From: Priapulus caudatus
Lineage: Eukaryota
NCBI RefSeq assembly: GCF_000485595.1
Contig: NW_014577088.1
Location: 582,947-617,472 of the forward strand
Length of the DNA stretch: 34,526 bases
Reading direction: 5' to 3'
Part shown: in pieces, positions 12,632 to 20,213 of the stretch
How the letters are laid out: each line of letters opens with the position of its first letter
Numbering within the stretch: the first letter of the stretch is position 1
The notes under the pieces: model-generated
Database searches by the model: none
What the model was told of the DNA's origin: nothing
The model's input: the letters and a program-made list of their open reading frames with translations, nothing else
Made by a program: the position numbers and the translations under genes

Positions 12632-12749
12632 TTGGAAACCTCATCGATCTTTTCGGTAGTGTCCATCTGTGAAGACACCATCACCTGGAACAGCTTGTCC
12701 TCGTTGGCAGGGCCGAATATGCCATTCGGTAGCTTCCGCGCAGAAATTT
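12632..12749 (-). CDS. RhoGAP102A: RhoGAP gene exon in inverted orientation, with a 2-nt frameshift
   Basis: Minus strand: attctttgcag|AAA TTT CTG CG[CG]G AAG CTA CCG AAT GGC ATA TTC GGC ... GAG GTT TCC AA|gtaagt = KFLRKLPNGIFGPANEDKLFQVMVSSQMDTTEKIDEVS(K). The phase 0 start matches 7937 and the phase 2 end matches 14096. Length is 118 nt where 116 (or 119) is needed. Confidence 0.88.
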
Positions 12750-13152
12750 CTGCAAAGAATTCAAAATTATTCAGACTACTGCTCATGTATTATATCCACT
12801 ACAATTACTAACATATTCCACATTCTCAACATCTCCATTTCCATTCTCCATTCTCCACATTTCCATTTCCATTCCATTCTCAACATTCACTACAATTCCA
12901 CAACAAGCTCAACATTCTCAACAAGAACAACAACAACAACATGCGTATATAGCTTGCATGCTACTAATTGCCACTATCACAATAAATTTTTTTTATACAG
13001 GACGATAAGACGAATTATTCTTTCGAATGACTACGAGTTAATCAATTAAGGAACGTCAATTACACATGAAAGATTTAGGTGTGAATGACACCAGTATGAT
13101 CCCACGTCATAGCATCATGATCATGATCGTCAAAAGTCAGCAAAACGTTATA

Positions 13153-13500
13153 TCTAATACATATTTGTGAATGTATGTCTGTTTGTCTGTTCTCGATGCA
13201 AATCAATACGAAGCAACTCTAAAAATGTCAAAAGACGTTCAGTAGGGTAAGTTTGGTGTTGAGATCAGATGAATTCATGGGCAATTGGAGTTTGACCTCT
13301 GAGGTCATCTAAGCCAAAAAAACGCGATAAATGAATGGGTGGGGGAATGGATGGATGGATGGATGGATGGATGGATGGATGGAAATGGATGGATGGATAG
13401 ATGGATAAGATAGATAGACTATGATAGATAGATAGATAGATAGATAGATACATACATTTTTTACGCTTTATTTCCCGGGCAAGGCCGGGTGTCCGGCTAG
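13153..13500 (+). mobile_element. Helitron-like non-autonomous element with internal (ATGG)n/(ATAG)n microsatellite
   Basis: 5' A|TCTAATACATATTTG..GTATGTCTGTTTGTCTG (same start as at 32842). 3' hairpin CCCGGGCAAGGCCGGG followed by CTAG at 13497-13500. Microsatellite at about 13345-13455. Confidence 0.75.
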
Positions 13501-13880
13501 ATGATCTTTGTGCATTGTCGTTTTAGGGGTCATCGTCTCATCGTGTGTCCCTAGATGATCTTTGTGCATTGTCGTTTTAGGGGTCATCGTCTCATCGTGT
13601 GTCCCTAGATGATCTTTGTGCATTGTCGTTTTAGGGGTCATTGTCTCATCGTGTGTCCCTAGATGACCTTTGTGCATTGTTGTTTTAGGGGTCATCGTCT
13701 CATCGTGTGTCCCTAGATGACCTTTGTGCATTGTTGTTTTAGGGGTCATCGTCTCATCGTGTGTCCCTAGATGACCTTTGTGCATTGTCGTTTTTGGGGC
13801 ATCGTATGTCCATGGGTGACTTTCGTGCATTGTCGTTTTAGGGTCATTGTGTGTCCCTAGATGACCTTTGTGCATTGCCA
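13497..13880. repeat. 54-bp minisatellite, about 7 copies (last ones degenerate)
   Basis: Unit ctagatgatctttgtgcattgtcgttttaggggtcatcgtctcatcgtgtgtcc starting at 13497, 13551, 13605, 13659, 13713 and 13767. Confidence 0.95.
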
Positions 13881-14095
13881 CTGTCGGATGCGCAGCCGCG
13901 TGTGACCTTAATGCGTTGCCATGTTGGCTTCCGTTGTCATGTTTTTCCATCTATGGGCCTTTGCATTGCACACACAAGCTTATATGACAAAGACTGCTAG
14001 ACCGGACGTTGCAACTTGCTAACGGGTGGATAGCTCGGAGGCATCGTAAAACAGAGATAATTAATCGCGGCGTACTTTTGCTTGTCGCGCTGCAG

Positions 14096-14350
14096 GATCA
14101 TCATGTCTCTGCAGTCGGTCACGCAGAATCTCCTCGTGCTGCTCATCGGCATGTTCAAGCTGATCGCCGTCAACGCGGAGCACGCCGGCACGGGCATGTC
14201 CTCCGAGGCGCTCGGCGTCAGCGTGGCGCCATCTATACTCCACTCCTGCTCGGCGAACGGCCGAAAGGTCGACGTCGACCGATTCCGGCAGGCAGCGAGC
14301 ATCGTCACATTCCTCATAGACCAGTTCGGCGATTCTGCACTGTTTGGCAG
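14096..14350 (+). CDS. RhoGAP102A: RhoGAP gene exon (C-terminal part of the GAP domain)
   Basis: gctgcag|G ATC... IIMSLQSVTQNLLVLLIGMFKLIAVNAEHAGTGMSSEALGVSVAPSILHSCSANGRKVDVDRFRQAASIVTFLIDQFGDSALFG AG|gtacgt; 255 nt, phase 2/2. MxxxxLxxxxAP and LI...LF RhoGAP motifs. Confidence 0.92.
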
Positions 14351-14715
14351 GTACGTCTGTGTTAGTGCCAAACTCTCCTGCTCACGATATTGTGGGTGAG
14401 GAGGCTAGGCTGGTGGTGGGTGGAGGAGGGGGTAATGATGAAGCCGCTTTTGTAATGGATGTTTGCGATAAGCGTGAGTCATCTACAGGTATGGAAAATA
14501 TGTGAAGCGTTCGGTTGATATAATATGGTCAGTAGTCTGATATAGCTAGGTGGAGCTAGTGAAGTGTCTTTGTACGGGTGTATGTAACAGTTCGCAAGGT
14601 GTGTTTTATGATCACTATCTGAAATCTAGTTCATATGTTCGTCTATTGAATGAATACATGGCATCTCGGACGGCCCGCTACTATGTAATCGTAACAGATG
14701 TGTATCTGTTTGTAG

Positions 14716-14888
14716 GGATAATTACGAGTACTTTGTGCACACGACTCGTCAACTGTTCGACTCCGATGCTAAGTGGAAGTTCCTGATGCAGTGTCCGCGC
14801 ACTCCCGACACAGGGGGAGCCACTAGCCGTGACTTAAGCCTAGGTGTCGACAGCTCCATGTCTGGACTAGAACTCGGTGATCTAGATG
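14716..14888 (+). CDS. RhoGAP102A: RhoGAP gene exon (post-GAP region)
   Basis: tttgtag|G GAT AAT TAC... DNYEYFVHTTRQLFDSDAKWKFLMQCPRTPD...GDLD G|gtcagt; phase 2/1. Joins the previous exon to give LFGRDNYEY, matching my recollection of the subfamily motif. Confidence 0.85.
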
Positions 14889-15179
14889 GTCAGTACTCAC
14901 TAAGTACTTGTTTGAAACGGTACTATCTTAAAATCTTATGTTCATGTGTAAGCCACTACTTTTGAAGGTGCGTGATATTTCGTGGGAAGGCTGTAGCGAT
15001 TCGCTGGAAGCGAGTATTACTCACAACACATGGTTACTGACTTAGAAGTTAGAGTTACTGCCTGTAAATGTTACTAGTTTGTTAGTAGGATTTATACATA
15101 GCGTTAGACGCATAGAATGTGAGCTAGGGCAGCATGTCTATTGTTACCATATCTTAAAGCAAGTTTTGTGTGGCTGCAG

Positions 15180-15286
15180 ATACAGCAGAACTGACGAAGA
15201 GTCAGGAAAGCTTAAGTGCTATCAGCCGGAGTGCAAAGTCTAGCCGTAGTGGATCTTTGGCTACTGTCACGGAGGCTAGCTTAAGG
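15180..15286 (+). CDS. RhoGAP102A: RhoGAP gene exon (Ser-rich linker)
   Basis: ggctgcag|AT ACA GCA... (D)TAELTKSQESLSAISRSAKSSRSGSLATVTEASLR |gtaagc; phase 1/0, consistent with both neighbours. Confidence 0.78.
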
Positions 15287-15690
15287 GTAAGCTCAAATAT
15301 TGTTATGATTTATAATACTATTCTTAACCGTAGAAAGTCTGAGCAAGGTGGGGCAGCATGTGTGGAAGCGTGGTTGTGCATTCGTTCTGTTTACATAGTA
15401 GGGAAGGTCGTTCTATATTGTGTACACAGGGGTGTGAAAGTGGGAACCAAGAAGAATGTGGGGGTATGTGAGGCAGCGTAGGAGATGGTTATATGTGGAC
15501 TATAACGATTGTCAAGGTGTAATTACTCTAGCCAATCGTTGTGGCCATAGGGTATTCTAAAAGAAAATGTTTAACGATGAAGTGCTTCAAAGTCAATCAT
15601 ATGACATGCGTGAGTGAAAAGCACTCACTCACTGGTAAGCTCAAAAATATTGACTGGTCAGATAGGTCAGTTGTCAAGGAGGTAGAGACA

Positions 15691-15969
15691 GTGTGTGGCG
15701 TGCGTGCGTATGTGGTGTGCGTGCGTATGTGGTGTGCGTGCATATATAGTGTGCGTGCGTATGTGGTGTGCGTGCGATGTGGTGTGCGTGCGTATGTGGC
15801 GTGTGGCGTATGTGGTGTGCGTGGGCGTATGTGGTGTGGCGGTGCGTGCGTATGTGGGCCGTGCGTATGTGGTGTGTGTGCGTATGTGGCGTGTGTGTTA
15901 TGTGGTGTGCCGTTGCGTATGTGGTGTCGCGTGCGTATGTGGCGTGCGTGCGATGTGCGTGCGTGGTAT
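15691..15969. repeat. 17-bp GT-rich minisatellite (GTGCGTATGTGGYGTGC), first block
   Basis: Seen directly; runs into a gap. Confidence 0.9.
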
Positions 15970-16926
15970 NNNNNNNNNNNNNNNNNNNNNNNNNNNNNNN
16001 NNNNNNNNNNNNNNNNNNNNNNNNNNNNNNNNNNNNNNNNNNNNNNNNNNNNNNNNNNNNNNNNNNNNNNNNNNNNNNNNNNNNNNNNNNNNNNNNNNNN
16101 NNNNNNNNNNNNNNNNNNNNNNNNNNNNNNNNNNNNNNNNNNNNNNNNNNNNNNNNNNNNNNNNNNNNNNNNNNNNNNNNNNNNNNNNNNNNNNNNNNNN
16201 NNNNNNNNNNNNNNNNNNNNNNNNNNNNNNNNNNNNNNNNNNNNNNNNNNNNNNNNNNNNNNNNNNNNNNNNNNNNNNNNNNNNNNNNNNNNNNNNNNNN
16301 NNNNNNNNNNNNNNNNNNNNNNNNNNNNNNNNNNNNNNNNNNNNNNNNNNNNNNNNNNNNNNNNNNNNNNNNNNNNNNNNNNNNNNNNNNNNNNNNNNNN
16401 NNNNNNNNNNNNNNNNNNNNNNNNNNNNNNNNNNNNNNNNNNNNNNNNNNNNNNNNNNNNNNNNNNNNNNNNNNNNNNNNNNNNNNNNNNNNNNNNNNNN
16501 NNNNNNNNNNNNNNNNNNNNNNNNNNNNNNNNNNNNNNNNNNNNNNNNNNNNNNNNNNNNNNNNNNNNNNNNNNNNNNNNNNNNNNNNNNNNNNNNNNNN
16601 NNNNNNNNNNNNNNNNNNNNNNNNNNNNNNNNNNNNNNNNNNNNNNNNNNNNNNNNNNNNNNNNNNNNNNNNNNNNNNNNNNNNNNNNNNNNNNNNNNNN
16701 NNNNNNNNNNNNNNNNNNNNNNNNNNNNNNNNNNNNNNNNNNNNNNNNNNNNNNNNNNNNNNNNNNNNNNNNNNNNNNNNNNNNNNNNNNNNNNNNNNNN
16801 NNNNNNNNNNNNNNNNNNNNNNNNNNNNNNNNNNNNNNNNNNNNNNNNNNNNNNNNNNNNNNNNNNNNNNNNNNNNNNNNNNNNNNNNNNNNNNNNNNNN
16901 NNNNNNNNNNNNNNNNNNNNNNNNNN
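15970..16926. other. Assembly gap (N-run)
   Basis: N bases. Confidence 1.
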
Positions 16927-17135
16927 TCGAACCAAGCGCTTAGAGATGTCACGATCATCGATTATACTCGATCATCGGTTGAACAGTGGCTCGAACCAAG
17001 CGCTTAGAGATGTCACGATCATCGATTATACTCGATCATCGGTTGAACAGTGGCTCGAACCAAGCGCTTAGTGATGTCACGATCATCGATTATACTCGAT
17101 CATCGGTTGAACAGTGGCTCGAACCAAGCGCTTAG
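16927..17135. repeat. 64-bp tandem repeat, at least 3.3 copies, possibly an amplified DNA-transposon terminus
   Basis: Unit starts at 16927, 16991, 17055 and 17119 (partial), nearly identical copies. Contains TAGAGATGTCACGAT, which resembles hAT-MITE termini. Confidence 0.9.
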
Positions 17136-17180
17136 TTATCAAAATCCGTAATCGATTTCATCCCCCCCCCAAAAAAAAAC

Positions 17181-18133
17181 CAAATTTTTTTTTCATACTA
17201 CGCGTGCGTATGTGGTGTGCGGGCGTATGTGGTGTGCGTGCATATATGGCGTGTGTGCGTATGTGGCGTGTGTGCGTATGTGGCGTGTGTGCGTATGTGG
17301 CGTGTGTGCGTATGTGGTGTGCGTGCGTATGTGGTGTGCGTGCGTATGTGGCGTGCGTGCGTATGTGTTGTGCGTATGTGGCGTGTGTGCGTATGTGGTG
17401 TGCGTGCGTATGTGGCGTGCGTGCGTATGTGGCGTGCGTATGTTGTGTGTGTGCGTATGTGGTGTGTGTGCGTATGTGGCGTGCGTGCGTATGTGGCGTG
17501 CGTGCGTATGTAGAGTGCATGCGTATGTAGAGTGCGTGCGTATGTGCCTATGTGGCGTGCGTATGTTGTGTGTGTGCGAATGTGGCGTGCGTGCGTATGT
17601 GGTGTGCGTGCGTATGTGGTGTGCGTGCGTATGTGGTGTGCGTATGTAGTGTGCGTGCGTATGTGGCGTGCGTGCGTATGTGGCGTGCATGCGTATGTGG
17701 CGTGCGTGCGTATGTGGCGTGCGTGCGTATGTGTTGTGCGTATGTGGTGTGCGTATGTAGTGTGCGTGCGTATGTGGTGTGCGTGCGTATGTGGTGTGCG
17801 TGCGTATGTGGCGTGCGTGCGTATGTGGTGTGTGTGCGAATGTGGTGTGCGTGCGTATGTGGCTTGCGTGCGTATGTGTTGTGCGTATGTGGTGTGCGTG
17901 CATATATAGTGTGCGTGCGTATGTGGTGTGCGTGCGTATGTGGTGTGCGTGCGTATGTGGTGTGCGTGCGTATGTGGTGTGCGTGCGTATGTGGTGTGCG
18001 TGCGTATGTGGCGTGCGTGCGTATGTAGAGTGCGTGCGTATGTGGTGTGCGTGCGTATGTGGCGTGCGTGCGTATGCAGAGTGCGTGCGTATGTGGCGTG
18101 CGTGCGTATGTAGAGTGCGTGCGGATGTGGTGT
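17181..18133. repeat. 17-bp GT-rich minisatellite, second block
   Basis: Same unit as 15691-15969; source of the VCVRMW/HTHAR pseudo-ORFs. Confidence 0.92.
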
Positions 18134-18661
18134 NNNNNNNNNNNNNNNNNNNNNNNNNNNNNNNNNNNNNNNNNNNNNNNNNNNNNNNNNNNNNNNNNNN
18201 NNNNNNNNNNNNNNNNNNNNNNNNNNNNNNNNNNNNNNNNNNNNNNNNNNNNNNNNNNNNNNNNNNNNNNNNNNNNNNNNNNNNNNNNNNNNNNNNNNNN
18301 NNNNNNNNNNNNNNNNNNNNNNNNNNNNNNNNNNNNNNNNNNNNNNNNNNNNNNNNNNNNNNNNNNNNNNNNNNNNNNNNNNNNNNNNNNNNNNNNNNNN
18401 NNNNNNNNNNNNNNNNNNNNNNNNNNNNNNNNNNNNNNNNNNNNNNNNNNNNNNNNNNNNNNNNNNNNNNNNNNNNNNNNNNNNNNNNNNNNNNNNNNNN
18501 NNNNNNNNNNNNNNNNNNNNNNNNNNNNNNNNNNNNNNNNNNNNNNNNNNNNNNNNNNNNNNNNNNNNNNNNNNNNNNNNNNNNNNNNNNNNNNNNNNNN
18601 NNNNNNNNNNNNNNNNNNNNNNNNNNNNNNNNNNNNNNNNNNNNNNNNNNNNNNNNNNNNN
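18134..18661. other. Assembly gap (N-run)
   Basis: N bases. Confidence 1.
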
Positions 18662-18830
18662 GTCTCGCGCCTGTCACCGCGTCTCGCGCCTGTCACCGCG
18701 TCTCGCGCCTGCCACCGCGTCTCGCGCCTGCCACCGCGTCTCGCGCCTGCCACCGCGTCACGCGCCTGCCACCGCGTCTCGCGCGCGCCTGCCACCACGT
18801 CTCGCGAGTGCCTGTCACCTCATCTCGCGC
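18662..18830. repeat. 19-bp GC-rich minisatellite (GTCTCGCGCCTGYCACCGC) just upstream of a splice acceptor
   Basis: About 8 copies visible after the gap. Confidence 0.9.
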
Positions 18831-18863
18831 ACACGTTTCCTACAGCGTCTCGTCACGTTTCAG

Positions 18864-19086
18864 ACGCGGGCAGCGTCCGTCGACGAGCTTCACGGCGACG
18901 CGAAGCGCACGCAGAGCTCGTGCTCGCTGCAGCAGCTGGACATACGCGAGCGACACGCCGAGCGCATGCGTGCGCGCTCCGAGTGGTTCCTCGCGCCGCC
19001 GCGCCGCGTCGAGATCACGCTCGACATGAAGCGCATCGAGGAGATCCTGCAGTCGATGGAGCAGTGCTGGGGAGGGTGGAACGCAT
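18864..19086 (+). CDS. RhoGAP102A: RhoGAP gene exon with the ERxxxRMRxRSEWFL motif
   Basis: cgtttcag| TRAASVDELHGDAKRTQSSCSLQQLDIRERHAERMRARSEWFLAPPRRVEITLDMKRIEEILQSMEQCWGGWNA T|gtgagt; phase 0/1; strong GC3 bias. An alternative in-frame acceptor would start the exon at 18846. Confidence 0.85.
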
Positions 19087-19440
19087 GTGAGTATTGTGTG
19101 TGTAGTTACAGCAGTGTTGGGGAGGGTGGAACACATGTAAGTATTGTGTGTGTGTAGTTACAGCAGTGTTGGGGAGGGCTGAACGCATGTAAGTATTGTG
19201 TGTGTGTAGTTACAGCAGTGCTGGGGAGGGTGGAACGCATGTGAGTATTGTGTGTGTGTGTAGTTACAGCAGTGCTGGTGAGGGCTGAACGCATGTAAGT
19301 ATTGTGTGTGTAGTTACAGCAGTGTTGGGGAGGGCTGAACGCATGTGAGTATTGTGTGTGTGTAGTTACAGCAGTGTTGGAGAGGGTGGAACGCATGTAA
19401 GTAAATAGTTACAGCAGCGCCGGGGTGGGCTAAACACATT
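19061..19440 (+). repeat. 50-54-bp minisatellite, 7 full copies plus 1 degenerate copy, spanning the exon/intron junction
   Basis: Unit gcagtgytggggagggtggaacgcat|gtragtatt(gt)nagttaca; GTRAGT at 19087, 19137, 19189, 19241, 19295, 19345 and 19397. Confidence 0.95.
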
Positions 19441-19776
19441 GTTGTGTAGGGTCTATGTTTTAATAGGTTATAATATAAGGTAATAATTTTAAATAATTAT
19501 ATAATAAAAGGTTATACATTTGTTTACCATTATAGACTGCTTCCTTAATAATATTTCAACGTTTGCACGTATTAGGACATAATATCTATGTTTATTATGT
19601 ATTAATATATCAGACAGATTACATTGTAACCTTTTTTAAAAATAAAAATTGGCGATCAATTAATTTGTAGAATTTTAGGTAAGATAAACACGTATAAAAT
19701 CACATTAGCAATGAACATATTTTTCAGAATGCTAATTGTTTCGATTGCGTAATTGACGCGCGTCTATTTGTTGCAG

Positions 19777-20213
19777 CGGCTGCGGAGGAGAGGGGCGAGT
19801 CGGGCGACTCCGTGCCCCGCCTCAAACATCACCGCTCCGGCGACCTGCTCGACAGCCAATCGCGCGGCTACAGCCAATCGGACGAGGTGTTGCAAGAAGG
19901 CCACTCTGGGTACGTTAGCCAATCGGACGACGCGCTCGACCGAGGCACGAGCGGGCGGGCCGGCTCGCACGACAGTGATAAACTAGGCACCAACCTAGAG
20001 TACATAGACAGCGGCACGGCGTCGCAGTCGGACGACGGCTTCCTCGGGGGGGCGCCACCGTCGGGCGCGGTGTGCATCGAGCTGGACGAGACAGGGTTCG
20101 TGAGCACGGAGACTCTCAGTGACACCGAGGTGATATCGGAGGAGACGGCCGAGTCGGGAGACACGGCGTCATCGCAGGATAAAACGCGCAACGACACGGT
20201 GACTCCGACATGA
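19777..20213 (+). CDS. RhoGAP102A: RhoGAP gene terminal coding exon (acidic, Ser/Asp-rich disordered tail)
   Basis: ttgttgcag|CG GCT GCG..., phase 1 matching 19086. Open frame to TGA at 20211-20213 (...QDKTRNDTVTPT*). High GC3. Confidence 0.82.

Noticed and set aside
12744..13049. Plus-strand KFLQRIQN... as the missing RhoGAP exon
   Set aside because: Similarity stops after a few residues and comes from a palindrome. No phase-2 donor was found at the right distance, and the minus-strand reading matches throughout.
13468..13950. 160-aa minus-strand ORF with an 18-aa His/Thr repeat
   Set aside because: It is the translation of the 54-bp minisatellite (length divisible by 3) running into a Helitron end; no independent coding evidence.
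16927..17135. Possible CRISPR-like array (regular, partly palindromic repeats)
   Set aside because: Units are contiguous and near-identical with no unique spacers; eukaryotic context and no cas genes.
9248..18798. Long ORFs (200-490 aa) containing X runs or VC/HT repeats
   Set aside because: Read-through of N gaps and of dinucleotide or 17-bp repeats.
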